A DNA stretch of 64,000 nucleotides from Mobula hypostoma (Eukaryota), in contig NC_086097.1 of assembly GCF_963921235.1 (NCBI RefSeq), positions 238,578,001 through 238,642,000 of the forward strand. Direction: 5' to 3'. The position numbers and the translations under genes are program-made. The notes beneath the pieces were generated by a model, which ran no database searches, was not told the DNA's origin, and worked only from the letters and a program-made list of their open reading frames with translations. The stretch's first letter is position 1; every line of letters begins with the position of its first letter. Below are positions 1-12,429 of the stretch, piece by piece.

Positions 1-380
1 TGGAAAATCTGATGAAGATAAATGAATAATTCTGAGTCATTGGACAATGATTAATGAAGATCTCTTATCCCCGTCACCTTCTGTTGGTACTATTCATAAA
101 TTACTAGAATTATTCTGAAATTTCCTAATATCCAGGTGAGCAGTTTTGGTTGACGGGATATAAAGAGATCTGGACAAATTGATTAGGTGAGCTGAAGAAT
201 ATGAATTAAGATACAATGGAGGCCAAAAGAAACTAATGCATATTGGAAGCATCATCTTGAAAAGAGTACATGACAAATGGGCTTTTGATAATGAAATTGA
301 AAGAAAGGATTGGAATTGGATTTTTTGGTCCTCACCCCAAAAACAACCCATTCAGCTGAAATATAAACTCTTTGGGAATA

Positions 381-942
381 CACTCAGTGGCCAGTTCATT
401 AGGTACATCAAAACACCTGCTCATTAATGCAAATATCTAATCAGTGAATCATGCAGAACAGACTTATGGGCTAAATAGCCTAATTCTGCTCCTATAGCTT
501 ATGTGTCAGCAACTCAATGCAAACATGCAGTCATGATCAAGCTGTTCAGACCAAACATCATACGGGAAAGAAATGTGATTTAAGTGACTTTGACCGTGGA
601 ATGATCGTTGGTGCCAGATGGGGTGGTTTGAGTATCTCAGAAACAGCTGATCTCCTGGGATTTTCATGCACAGCAGTCTCTTAAGTTTAGAGTAGAGAAT
701 GATGGGAAAAGATTTGAAAAGTTAAAAAAAAATCCAGTGAGTGGTAGTTTTGTGAGTGAACACACTTTATTACTGAGAAAGGTCAGAGGAGAATGGCCAG
801 ACTGGTTCAAGCTGACAGGAAATCAAATAATCATGCACTATAACAGTCATGTACACATCACATTGAACTTTGAAGTGGATGGGCTACAGCAGCAGAAGAC
901 ACATTGGGTTCTACCTGTACTGATTAAAGTGGTCATTGAGTG
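381..942 (+). mobile_element. Internally deleted Tc1/mariner DNA transposon remnant
   Basis: Imperfect TIRs (CACTCAGTGGCCAG... / ...GTGGTCATTGAGTG) flanked by TA at 379-380 and 943-944. Interior translates to KCDLSDFDRGMIVGARWGGLSISETADLLGFS, a Tc1 N-terminal HTH. Confidence 0.85.
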
Positions 943-1071
943 TATGTTGACATTATGTTATTCATTAGCAGTTACATACATTGAGTGTAAGTGTGATTCA
1001 AAGCCAGTGGCAGACATTGCACAAAATATTATTTGATACAATTTGGGTGTCATCATTCAAGTATATGGTGT

Positions 1072-1572
1072 TAAAACCACAACAGCGCCTCTTTCACCTT
1101 CGATGGTTGAAGAAGCTTGGTATGGGTCCCCAAATCCGAAGGACTTTCTACAGGGGCACAGTTGAGAGCATCCTGACTGGCTGCATCACTGCCTGGTATG
1201 GGAACTGTACTTCCCTCAATCGCAGGACTCTGCAGAGAGTGGTGTGGACAGCCCAGCACATCTGTACATGTGAACTTCTGACTATTCAGGAGATTTACAG
1301 AGACAGTTGTGTAAAAAGGGCTCGAAGGATCATTGGGGATCCAAGTCACCCCAACCACAAACTGTCCCAGCTGCTACCATCCGGGAAACGGTACCGCAGC
1401 ATAAAAGCCAGGACCAACAGGCTCCGGGGCAGTTCCTCCCACTGGGCCATCAAACTGTTTAATTCACGCTGATGCAATTGTATTTCTATGGCATATTTAG
1501 ATGGAGATGTAATGTAGAGATTTTTACTCCTCGTGTATGGGAAGGATGTAAGTAATAAAGTCAATTCAATTC
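1072..1572 (+). mobile_element. 3' fragment of Rex/Babar-type LINE (C-terminus after RT plus 3' UTR)
   Basis: QQRLFHLRWLKK..FYRGTVESILTGCITAWYGNC..DPSHP..LPSGKRYRS motifs; ends in AATAAA plus (caatt)n tail. Confidence 0.85.
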
Positions 1573-1773
1573 ATCGTCCCTGAAGGCATTGGGGTTAAAT
1601 TCTTCATTCTGCACCATGGCATATTTTCAGTTTCAAACATTGTAGAAAGGCTAATCACTTCTAAAAATATTTTTTTTCTCTCTCTGTCAATAGCTTATCA
1701 ATGACTTCCTAACATTGCTCGAGTTACACGCTGACTATGGCTCTTTGCGGGAATAGGACCCACTCTCGGGATT

Positions 1774-1921
1774 TCACAACTGGCCGTTGTTCAGCTTGCC
1801 AAGGGCTTGGCCTAAGAGTTCGGCTCGGCTTGGGAGGCTTAGGATCTCGCGGCTCTGGAGATGGGTGGATTGAAGGTCCGTGTCCCGGATGGGTGTGTCA
1901 TGGGAGCTGGAGCATCTTTGG
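1774..1921 (-). other. Candidate terminal coding exon of an unidentified host gene
   Basis: Non-repeat, GC/CpG-richer island. Minus strand has a polypyrimidine tract plus cacag acceptor (AG at 1923-1922), then 48 open codons (QRCSSSHDTPIRD...KLNNGQL*). No protein recognised. Confidence 0.3.
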
Positions 1922-2029
1922 CTGTGTGCCAGAAAAAAGTGAAAAAAAAAACTTTGGTTGTAAACATACAATTAAATGGTATAAGTTGACAGGAGCAGCT
2001 AATGGACTGTCCTGGCATCAGAAGACGAT

Positions 2030-2380
2030 AAGAAATAGGTGCAGATTTAGGCCATTTGGTCCATCAAGTCATGAAGTCTAATCCACAACTCCATCATGGC
2101 TGCTGTATCATTCCTCTCAATGCCATCTTCCTGTAAATTATGACACACTTACTGATCAAGAACACAGCAACTTACACTTTGAATAAACCCAATGACTTGA
2201 CCTCCACACTGCCTGTGGCAATGAATTTCACAATTCACCAAGCTCTGGCGAAAGAAATTCCTCCTCATTTCTGTTCTAAAGGGACATCCTTTCATTCAGA
2301 GGTTGTGTCCTCTGCTCCTCGATTCCCCCACTATAGGAAACATCCTCTCCACGTCAATTCTGTCTATGCCTCTCAATATT
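2030..2380 (-). mobile_element. CR1 LINE 3' fragment
   Basis: Reverse complement of the CR1 3' end seen at 55600-55930. Confidence 0.7.
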
Positions 2381-2554
2381 CGATAAATTTATTGGGGTTG
2401 TGTGTTTCTAAATCAATAATCACAAGAAAGTAGGAGCTTGTGCAGACCACCAGGTCACTCAAGCTTGCCCTGTCATTCAATAGGATCATGGCTGAACTAT
2501 ACTGGTCTCATCTCCTCTTGTCTAACAATGACATGATTCACAACAGTAGACTTG

Positions 2555-3040
2555 ATAGACTGGGGCTGTTTTCTCTGGAGGCCGAGGAGTGACCAAACAG
2601 CGCTACATAAAATCATGAGATGCATAGATGAAATAGATGGGCACAGTCTTTTATCCAGGGTAGGCGAGTCCAAAATGAGAGGGCATTGTGGGGAAATATT
2701 TAAAGAGGACATGAGGGTTACACTTTTTTTTACATAGGGGGTAGTGGGTGGACAAGAAGGAGCCGCGATAGGAAGTGGTGGAAGCAGGGACTATTTCAAT
2801 ATTTAAACGACATTTCAACAGGTTCATTGATACAAAGGCTTTAGAGCAGGTGTTCCTAGCCCTTTTTATGCCATGGACCAATGCCGTTAAGCAAGGGGTC
2901 TGTGGATCCCAATTTGGAAAACCCATTTTCAGGAGGATATAAGCAAAGTTCAGGCAAACTAGGTTAGTTCAGATTGGCACCTTGTCAGCACAGACAAGTT
3001 GTGCCGAAGGGTCTGTTTTTGGGTTGTATAACGCTATATC
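2555..3040 (+). mobile_element. Old CR1 LINE 3' fragment containing a hAT-like MITE
   Basis: Degenerate LFSLE.R..RGD..YKIMR.ID..RGH motifs across frames. Confidence 0.7.
2847..2926. mobile_element. About 80-bp hAT-like MITE, copy 1
   Basis: Same sequence as 16270-16349 and 36823-36902; degenerate CAGGGGTTCCCAACC-type TIR. Confidence 0.7.
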
Positions 3041-5077
3041 TCCAGTCCTGCCAAGAGATAACACTTTCATCTCTATAGTTTCTTGCTTTGTTTGAAATAT
3101 TTAAATAAGTGTCAGCCAAAATGAAATAGAAATACATGATGGACATTCGGCCTCTTTATTTCATCCACATGTGCAAGCTATAGAGAACAAAGTGGGTGAT
3201 CTTAAAGCGAGACTCACCTACTGCAGGGAGATGCAGAACTGCTGTGTATTCTGCTTCACCAAGACCTGGCTCTCCCCTGCCACCCCTGACTGTGCCACCC
3301 GACCGAAGAGATTTTTGATCCATCAGATAGACCGCACAGCATCTTCGAGCAAGACGAGGGGAGGTGGTGTCTGCCTACTGATCAACACTGGGCGGTGCTC
3401 GGACACAGTGGAACCGACAAGCTCCTGCAGCTCGGAATTGGAACACCTGTCGGTGAAGTGTCGTCCCTACTATCTGCCACGGGAATTCACCTCGGTCATA
3501 CTGACAGCAGTCTACATCCCCCCCAGGTGGATGTGGAGTGTGCTTTGAACGTACTGTATGCCAACATCACTGAACTTGAGACCAGGTATCCGGAGGCTTT
3601 GCTCATTACAGCTGGGGACTTTAACCAGGCCAACCTCAGAAAGGCGCTGCCAAAGTTATACCAACATGTCTCCTGCCCCACTAGAAGCCTGAATATACTT
3701 GACCACTGCTACACAGCAGTTAAGGATGTCTACCGTTCTGTCCCACGACCTCACTTCGGAAAATCGGACCATCAGGCCGTACTCCTCTTCCCGGCTTACA
3801 AACAGAAACTGAAGCGGGAGGTCACGGTATCAAAAGTAGTGTCCTGTTGGACGGAGGAAACAGATGAGGTCCTCCATGACTGCTTTGAATCGGTGGACTG
3901 ATTAGTATTCATGGACTCGGCAGCTAACCTCGATGAGTATGCCTCAGCCGTCACGGACTTTATTTGGAAATGCTCAGAGGACTGTGTGTCTCGCAAGACG
4001 ATCCCGGTATTCCCTAAGCGGAAAGCTTGGATGAATTATGAGGTCAAGTTCCTTTTAAAGGTGAGAGCTGCAGTTTTTAGGTCCGGGGATACCAGTCGCT
4101 ACACGGAATCCAGGCGTGAACTCCGGAAAGCCATTAAGGATGCCAAGAGGCAATATCGAGCCAAGTTTGAAGCCCAGGCTACCCAGAGGGATGACGGTAG
4201 ACTATGGCAGGGTCTAAATATGATCACTGGGCACAAAGAAAAGGCTGGGAATATCAATAACTGTGGCACTTCTCTTCCTGAAGAACTTAATGTATTCTCC
4301 ACAAGATTTGAACAGAAGAGGAGCATCCCGCTCCCTCCGGATGAGCCGGACCTGGTGGCATCGAGATTCATCATCACCGAGGAGGACGTTAGAAGGGCCT
4401 TCCTGAAGATAAATCCAAGGAAGGCGACAGGCCCAGATGGCATCCCAGGACAGGTTCTCCGGGCCTGTGCAAGCGAGCTAGCGGGAGTGTTTGCTGACAT
4501 CTTCAACTGCTCCTTGCTTCAGTCTAACATCCCCTCGTGTTTTAAGAAGGCAACGATAATCCCAGTGCCGAAGAAGAGCAAGGTGGCATGCCTGAATGAC
4601 TATCGACCTGTGGCTCTGACATCAATTGCTATGAAGTGCTTCGAGAGATTGGTTATGGCACACATTAACCACAGCCTACCGGTCAACCTCGATGCTTTGC
4701 AACTCGCCTACCGGAGCAACAGGTCAATGGCAGATGCCATCTCTCTGGCCCTACATTCCTCCTTAGAAAACCTGGAGAATAAAAGCTCATACATAAGGCT
4801 CCTTTTCATTGACTACAGCTCTGCCTTTAATACCATCATTCCAAATAAACTGATTCCTAAGCTCCGGAACCTGGCCCTTAGCACTCAGATCTGCAGCTGA
4901 ATCTTCAACTTCCTCACAGACAGAACCCAGGCTGTAAAAATAGGGGACAAGCTCTCCTCTACAATCACTCTGAGCACCAGTGCCCCACAAGGCTGTGTAC
5001 TCAGCCCCCTGATGTACTCACTGTACACACATAATTATGTAGCTAAGTTTCCATCGAACGCAATATATAAGTTTGCT

Positions 5078-6035
5078 AGGTGCAAAAACCTCCAATGGGA
5101 TCCCACCACTAAGTACATCATTTCCTCCCCCCACTCTGCTTTCCGGAGGGATCGCTCCACTCCCTACGCGACTCCCTTGTCCATTCATCCCCCCCATCCC
5201 TCCGCACCGATCTCCCTCCTGGAACTTATCCTTGTAAATGGAACAAGTGCTACACATGCCCTTACACTTCCTCCCTTACCACCATTCAGGGCCCCAGACA
5301 GTCCTTCCACGTGAGGCGACACTTCACCTGTGAGTTGGCTGGGGTGATATACTGCGTCCGGTGCTCCCAATGTGGCCTTCCATAAATTGGCGAGACCCGA
5401 CACAGACTGGGAGATCGTTTCGCTGAACACCTACGCTCTGTCCGCTAGAGAAAGCAGGATCTCCCAGTGGCCACACATTTTAATTCCACATCCCATTCCC
5501 ATTCTGATATGTCTATCAACGGCCTCCTCTACTGTAAAGATGAAGCCACACTCAGGTTGGAGGAACAACACCTTATATTCCGTTCGGGTACCCCCCAACC
5601 TGATGGCATGAACATTGACTTCTCTAACTTCCGCTAATACCCCATCTTCTCCTCGTACCCCATCTGTTATTTATTTATATACACACATTCTTCTTCTCTC
5701 TCTCCCTTTTCTCCCTGTGTCCCTCTGACTATACCCCTTGCCCGTCCTCTGGGTTTTCCCCCCCTCCCACTTTTTCTTCTCCCTGGGCCTCCTGTCCCAT
5801 GATCCTCTCATATCCCTTTTGCCAATCAACTGTCCAGCCCTTGGCTCCATCCCTCCCCCTCCTGTCTTCTCCTGTCATTTTGGATCTCCCCCTCCCCCTC
5901 CCACTTCCAAATTTCTTACTAGCTCTTCTTTCAGTTAGTCCTGACGAAGGGTCTCGGCCCGAAACGTCAACTGTACTTCTTCCTAGAGATGCTGCCTGGC
6001 CTGCTGCGTTCACCAGCAACTTTGATGTGTGTTGC
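5078..6035 (+). mobile_element. 5'-truncated Penelope-like element (GIY-YIG endonuclease region plus terminal repeat)
   Basis: About 5315-5436 translates FTCELAGVIYCVRCSQCGLP*IGETRHRLGDRFAEHLR (GIY-YIG). 13-bp TSD ATATAAGTTTGCT at 5065-5077 and 6036-6048, splitting the host YKFADD region. Confidence 0.92.
5932..5973 (+). ncRNA. Minimal type I hammerhead ribozyme motif in the Penelope terminal repeat
   Basis: agtc-CTGACGA-a-GGG tctcgg CCC-GAAA-CGTC-aactg: hammerhead core, stem II, palindromic ACGT in place of stem III, GUC cleavage triplet. Confidence 0.7.
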
Positions 6036-6626
6036 ATATAAGTTTGCTGATGACACAACAATTGTAAGCTGTATCTCGGGTAATGATGAGTTTCAGTACA
6101 GAGGGGAAATTGAGAACCAGGTGGTATGGTGCGAAGACAATAACCTATCCCTCAACGTCAGCAAGATGAAGGAATTCGTTGTTGACTTCAGAAGGAGTAG
6201 CGGACCGCACAACCCCATTTACATCGGTGGTGCGCAAGCGGAACAAGTCAAAACTTTAAGTTCCTCGGGGTCAATATCACAAATGACCTGACATGGTCCA
6301 ACCAAGCAGAGTCCACTGCCAAGAAGGCACACCAATGTCTTTACTTCCTGAGAAAGCTCAGGAAATTTGGCCTGTCCCCTAAAACCCTCATTAATTTTTA
6401 TAGGTGCACTGTAGAAAGCATTCTTCTAGGGTGCATCACAACCTGGTATGGAAGATGTCCTGTCCAAGACCAGGAGAAGCTGCAGAAGATCGTGAACACA
6501 GCTCAGCACATCACACAAACCAATCTTCCGTCCTTGGACTCACTTTACACTGCACGCTGTTGGAGCAGTGCTGCCAGGATAATCAAGGACACGACCCACC
6601 CAGCCAACACACTTTTCGTCCCTCTT

Positions 6627-8073
6627 ATAGTCATAGTCATAGTCATATTTCATTGATCCCGGGGGAAATTGGTTTTCATTGCAGTTGCACCATAAATAAT
6701 TAAATAGTAATAAAGCCATAAATAGTTAAATAGTAATATGTAAATTATGCCAGGAAATAAGTCCAGGACCAGCCTATTGGCTCAAGGTGTCTGCCCCTCC
6801 AAGGGAGGAGTTGTAAAGTTTGATGGCCACAGGCAGGAATGACTTCCTATGACGCTTTGTGTTGCATCTCGGTGGAATGAGTCTCTGGCTGAATGTACTC
6901 CTGTGCCCCCCCAGTACATTATGTATTGGATGGGAGACATTGTCCAGGATGGCATGCAACTTGGACAGCATCCTCTTTTCAGACACCACCGTCAGAGAGT
7001 CCAGTTCCATCCCCACAACATCACTGGCCTTACGAATGAGCTTGTTGATTCTGTTGATGTCTGCTACCCTCAGCCTGCTGCCCCAGCACACAACAGCAAA
7101 CATGATAGCACTGGCCACCACAGACTCGTAGAACATCTTCAGCATCGTCTGGCAGATGGTAAAGGACCTCACTCTCCTCAGGAAATAGAGACAGCTCTAA
7201 CCCTTCTTATAGACAGCCTCAGTGTTCTTCGACCAGTCCAGTTTATTGTCAATTCATATCCCCAGGTATTTGTAATCCTCCACCATGTCCACACTGACCC
7301 CCTGGATAGAAACAGGGGTCACCAGTACCTTAGCTCTCCTCAGGTCTACCACCAGCTCCTTAGTCCTTTTCACATTAAGCTGCAGGTAACTCGCCTCACA
7401 CCATGTGACAAAGTTTCCTACCGTAGTCCTGTACTCAGCCTCATCTCCCTTGCTGATGCATCCAACTATGGCAGAGTCATCAGAAAACTTCTGAAGATGA
7501 CAAGACTCTGTGCAGTTGTTGAAGTCCGAGGTGTAAATGGTGAAGAGAACGGGAGACAACACAGTCCCCTGTGGAGCCCCAGTGCTGCTGATCACTCTGT
7601 CGGACACACAGTGTTGCAAGCACATGTACTGTGGTCTACCAGTCAGGTGATCAAGAATCCATGACACCAGGAAAGCATCCACCTGCATCGCTGTCAGATT
7701 CTCCCCCAGCAGAGCAGGGAAGATGGTGTTGAACACACTGGAGAAGTCAAAAAACATGACCCTTACAGTGCTCTCTGGCTTGTCCAGGTGGGCGTAGACA
7801 CGGTTCAGCAGGTAGATGATGGCATCCTCAACTCCTAGTCGGTGCTGGTAGGTGAACTGGAGGGGATCTAAGTGTGGCCTGACCATAGGCCGGAGCAGCT
7901 CCAGAACAAATCTCTCCAGGGTCTTCCTGATGTGGGAGGTCAATGCCACTGGTCTGTAGTCATTGAGACAGCTAGGACGCGGCATCTTTGGCACAGGGAC
8001 GAGGCAGGACGTCTTCCACAGCACAGGAACCCTCCGGAGCCTCAAGCTCAGGTTGAAGACATGGCGAAGTACT
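6627..8073 (-). mobile_element. 5'-truncated Rex/Babar-type LINE nested antisense in the host LINE
   Basis: Minus ORFs with YRPVALTS, FDFSSVFNTI, GAPQG, KFSDD; (tatgac)n tail at 6627-6646; host sequence resumes at 8074. Confidence 0.92.
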
Positions 8074-8731
8074 CCATCGGGAGAAGGCTCAGGAGCTTGA
8101 GGACTCGTACGGTCGGATTTGGGAATAGCTTCTTTCCAACTGTGATAAGACTGCTGAACGGATCCTGACCCGGATCTGGGCCGTACCCTCCAAATATCTG
8201 GACCTGTCTCTCGGTTTTTTTGCACTACGTTACTTTCCATTTTCTATTTATGAGTTATAATTTAAATTTTTAATATTTACCATCGATTTGTACTCCAGGG
8301 AGCAGGAAGCACAGAATCAAATATCGCTGTGATGATTGTACATTCTAGTATCAATTGTTTGGTGACAATAAAGTGTGAAGTATAAAGTATAAAGTACTTT
8401 GTGAAGGAGACTATTATTATTCAACATCCATGCCTGGCAGAAACGTGCACAAGTGGATAATCAAATTTCCCATCAAAATAAGTCAAGTAGAAAAAAAAAT
8501 AAAATCTAATGTAAATATGCAAAACTCTCAATCTTTACCTGACTGTCTCCTTTGCTTCTGCTGTACATTTTCCTTGACCTTTATCTCTTTCTACAATAGA
8601 TTCTCAATTTAACACACATATCATACCATCAATGCCTTCGGTTTTACACACATCTTTGCCCTTTTGCTGGCTGGCCTCCTTTCAACATTTTGTCTCCCAT
8701 TATTTCTGTCTACACAGCCTATTACATTCAT

Positions 8732-8920
8732 AAACACAAAAGATTCTGCAAATGCTGGAAATCCAGAGCAATACACACAAAAAGCCAGAGGAACTCCGCA
8801 GGTCATGCATATCTTTGGAGAAGAATCAAGAGTCAGCTTTCAGGCTGAGATCTTGATGAATATCTGTTCTTTATTCTTCTCTTTAGATGCTGCCTGAACT
8901 TCTGAATTCCTGTAGTATTT
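8732..8920. mobile_element. Degenerate palindromic Penelope-end derivative
   Basis: Similar to 49172-49348 and 63502-63712. Related degenerate copies near 16860, 22660, 30600, 33160, 36050, 38930, 39485, 44340 and 52540. Confidence 0.65.
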
Positions 8921-9074
8921 TATTAGCCCTCAATTATCAGGCTTCTCAACCAGGGTGGATAACTTCACTCACCTCTACAGTGAACAGATTCCACAACCTA
9001 TTGACTCACTTTCAAGAACCCTACAACTCATGTTCTTAGTATTATTTATTATTTATCTACTTATTTCAAAATTC

Positions 9075-9578
9075 AAGATTCAAGATTGTTTAATGTCATT
9101 TCCAGTACACAGGTGTAAAGGAGAACAAAGTAATTGTTACTCTGGATCCAATGCAATACAATAAAAGGTAAAAACATAATAAATATAAATATGTAAGTTT
9201 TGACTACTCATTGCAGAGCCTTCATGTCCACTGCAGTGCAGTTTCCATACCGTGCAGTGATGCAGCTTGATAGGGTGCTTGAAACTGCGCATCTATAGAA
9301 TAATGTAAGTATAGATCTTCATAGTCCAACTCTCTTCAGCCTACTTAGAAAGTAGAGGCATAAGTGAACTTTCCTGATCGTGTGCAGAGTTTTCAGGTAC
9401 TATGAGAGTTTGTGCAAGATGTGCACTCGCAGGAGAGTTGAAACTGCTTGCAAATTCCTCTGCTGGGCTGCCAATGTAAAGGGGGGCGGAGGTAAGAATA
9501 GTATGTGTTCTCCTGAAGTCAATAACCATGTCGTTTGTCTTACTGACATTGAGGAAGAGGTTATTTGCCTGGCACATT
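9075..9578 (-). mobile_element. Rex-type LINE fragment
   Basis: Minus ORF CQANNLFLNVSKTNDMVIDFRR; (tcttgaa)n-type tail at about 9075-9085. Confidence 0.75.
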
Positions 9579-10029
9579 GAGAAAGAAGTTATTTATTTGT
9601 TTGTTTATTTATTTATTTGTATAGTTTGTCTTCTTGTGTACATCGGTTGTTTGTCAGTTTTCACTTACATGTAGTTTTTCATTGATTCTATTATATATTT
9701 TGTTCTATTGTGAATGCCTACAAGAAAGTAATCCTCAGGAGAGTATAGGCTGACATATATGTATATATTTTGATAATGAGTTTACTTTGAAATTTGATCC
9801 TCAAAACAGAGAAATATGTTTGACTTATAGTTACATGTACTGGAATTCATAAATGTTTAAGTCTGGTGAAACTGCAAGCAAACGTATGCCATTTTAGACC
9901 AAGCTTTGGATTCACTACTCTTGGATGGAGACTTTACAATGCAAACAAAGAAAAAAGGTTAAATGTGTTTCTGTTATTGCTTAATAACATTATGTGAACT
10001 TAATTTGACAAACCTCTCATTTTCAAACT

Positions 10030-11522
10030 CTCACAGCTACGGGCAGAAGTTCCCACTTACTTCAAAAAGGCAACAACTATACCAGTGCCTAAGAAGAATA
10101 ATGAGAGCTGCATAAATGATTATCACCTGGTAGCACTCACATCGACAGTGATGAAATGCTTTGAGAGGTTGGTCATAACCAGACTGAACTCCTGCCTCAG
10201 CAAGGACCTGGACCCATTGCAATTTGCCTATCACCACAATAGGTCAACGACAGACGCAATCTCAATGGCTCTCCACATGGCTTTAGACCACCTTGACAAC
10301 ACAAACACCTATGTCAGGACACTGTTCATTGACTATAGGTCAGCATTTAATACCATCATTCCCACAATCCTGATTGAGAAGATGCAGAACCTGGGCCTCT
10401 ATATCTCTCTCTGCAATTGGATCCTCAACTTCCTAACCAGAAGACCACAGTCTGTGCGGATTGGAGATAACATATCCTCCTCACTGATGATCAACACTGG
10501 TGTACCTCAGGGGTATGTGCTTAGCCCACTGCTCTACTCTCTCTATACCCATGACTGCGTGGCTAGGCATAGTTCAAATACCATTTATAAATTTGCTGAC
10601 AATTTTCTACAACTATTGTTTGTAGAATCTCAGGTGGGGATGAGAGGGTGTACGGGAGTGAGATATGCCAACTAGTGGAGTGGTGCCGCAGCAACAACCT
10701 GGCACTCAATGCCAGTAAGATGAAAGAGCTGATTGTGGCTTCAGGAAGGGTCAGACGAAAGAGCACATGCCAATCCTCATAGAGGGATCAGAAGCGGAGA
10801 GAGTGAGCAGCTTCAAGTTCCTCGGTGTCAAGATCTCTGAGGATCTAATCTGATCCCAACATATCGATGTAATTATAAAGAAGGCAAGACAGCGGCTATA
10901 CTTTATTAAGAGTTTGAAGAGATTTGGCATGTCAACAAATACACTCAGAAACTTCTATAGATGTACTGTGGAGAGCATTCTGACAGGCTGTATCACTGTC
11001 TGGTATGGAGGAGCTACTGCACAGGACCGAAAGAAGCTGCAGAAGGTTGTAAATCTAGTCAGCTCTATCTTGGGCACCAGCCTACAAAGTACCCAGGACA
11101 TCCCAGGGAGGGTTGTCTTCCTTAGGGAGCAGTGTCTCAGAAAGGCAGCGTCCATTATTAAGGACGTCTAGCACCCAGGGCATGCACTTTTCTCTCTGTT
11201 ACCATCAGGTAGGAGGTACAGAAAATTGAAGGCACACACTCAGTGATTCAGGAACAGCTTCTTCCCCTCTGCCATCCGATTCCTGAATGGACATTGAAGC
11301 TTTGGACACTACCTCACTTTTTTAAATATACAGTGTTTCTGTTTTGCACATTTTTAAAATCTATTCAATATACGTAATTGATTTACTTGTTTACTTATTA
11401 CTGTTTTATTTTATTTATTATTATTTTTCTCTCTGTTAGATTATATATTGCATTGAGCTGCTGCTGCTAAGTTAACAAATTTCACATCACATGCCAGTGA
11501 TAATAAACCTCATTCTGATTCT
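10030..11522 (+). mobile_element. 5'-truncated Rex/Babar-type LINE (RT to 3' tail)
   Basis: [35 protein letters not shown] motifs; AATAAA plus (attctg)n tail. Confidence 0.9.
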
Positions 11523-11574
11523 CGCTAGATGCACATTGGAGAATATTTGAACTGGATGCATCATGTCCTAACTG

Positions 11575-11833
11575 GGCAGCATGTTAGTGTAGTGGTTAGC
11601 ACAATGCTTTACAGTACAGATGAAACGGGTTGAACTCCCGCTGCTGCCCGAAAGGAGTTTGCGCATTCACCCCGTAACCATCTGGGTTTCCCCCCACGGG
11701 CCAGAGACATGCCGGTTGGTGGGTTAATTCGTCATTGTCAATAGTCTTGTGATTAGGCTGGGGTTAATTCGGGGATTGCTGGGCCTGGGCGGTGTGGCTC
11801 AAAGGGCCAGAAGCGAGGGCTATTCTGCTCTGT
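11575..11833 (+). mobile_element. tRNA-derived SINE
   Basis: A-box-like TAGTGTAGTGG, B-box-like GGTTGAACTCC, (taaa)n tail. Related copies near 25410-25715(-), 26940-27200(-), 32510-32770, 36600-36810, 45495-45790 and 52270-52400. Confidence 0.75.
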
Positions 11834-12380
11834 ATCTCAATAAATAAATAAATCATGCCATGGTATAGCAGCACCAATGTCCAGGAACAGAAAAGGCTAC
11901 AGAAAGCAGTAGTTCCATGCAGTCCATCACAGGCAAAGCCCCGCCTATCAGAGTATATTTACATGGAGCACTGCTGAAAGAGTGCAGCACCCATCATCAA
12001 AGTCCCCCTCATCCAGGTCATGCCCCCCCTTATGGCTATTATCATCAAGCAGGAGATACAGAAGCCTTTGCTCAACACAGCCAGGTTCAGGAACAGTTGT
12101 TACCGTACAACCATCAGGCTCCTGAACTGACATAGATAACTTATTCACTACTACTGTGAATTGACTCTATGTTCTGCAGTCTTACTTTCAGGGACTCTCT
12201 GCAACTCATATCCTCAGTATTGTTTTTATTCACACAGTTTGACTTTTCTTGGTTGTTTGTCAGCCTTTGTTTATCTATAGGTTTTCATAAAATCTTCTAT
12301 GTTTCATTTTAGCTGTAAATGCTCATAAGAAAACAAAACTCAAGTTAGCATGCTTTGATAATACATTTACTTTGACTTTG
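11834..12380 (+). mobile_element. Old Rex-type LINE 3' fragment
   Basis: Degenerate HPGH...SGRRYRS...RFRNS region and 3' UTR. Confidence 0.65.
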
Positions 12381-12429
12381 ATTTTAGTAACCTTTAATAG
12401 CCTTTAACTTATTCTTTAGGTTATTTGAT

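Larger units (their letters stand above)
3171..8396 (+). mobile_element. Long Rex/Babar-type LINE ORF2 (AP endonuclease + RT), decayed and twice interrupted
   Basis: APE motifs (CFTKTWL, GGGVC, AVYIPP, GDFN, LDHCY, SDH) at 3171-3901. RT motifs (KATGPDG, YRPVALTS, IDYSSAFNTI, GAPQG, YKFADD) at 3911-5077 and 6036-6626. 3' end at 8074-8396 with (taaagta)n tail. Confidence 0.93.

Noticed and set aside
1737..2081. 114-aa Gly/Cys-rich plus ORF
   Set aside because: Runs through an A-tract into a CR1 remnant; no recognisable domain.
6849..7664. 271-aa plus-strand ORF
   Set aside because: Antisense shadow of the LINE RT frame.
7254..8240. 328-aa minus ORF as a novel RT fusion protein
   Set aside because: Its N-terminal part is the antisense of the host LINE 3' end read across an insertion junction.
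11575..11650. tRNA gene
   Set aside because: A/B boxes lead into a SINE body and tail; no full cloverleaf.
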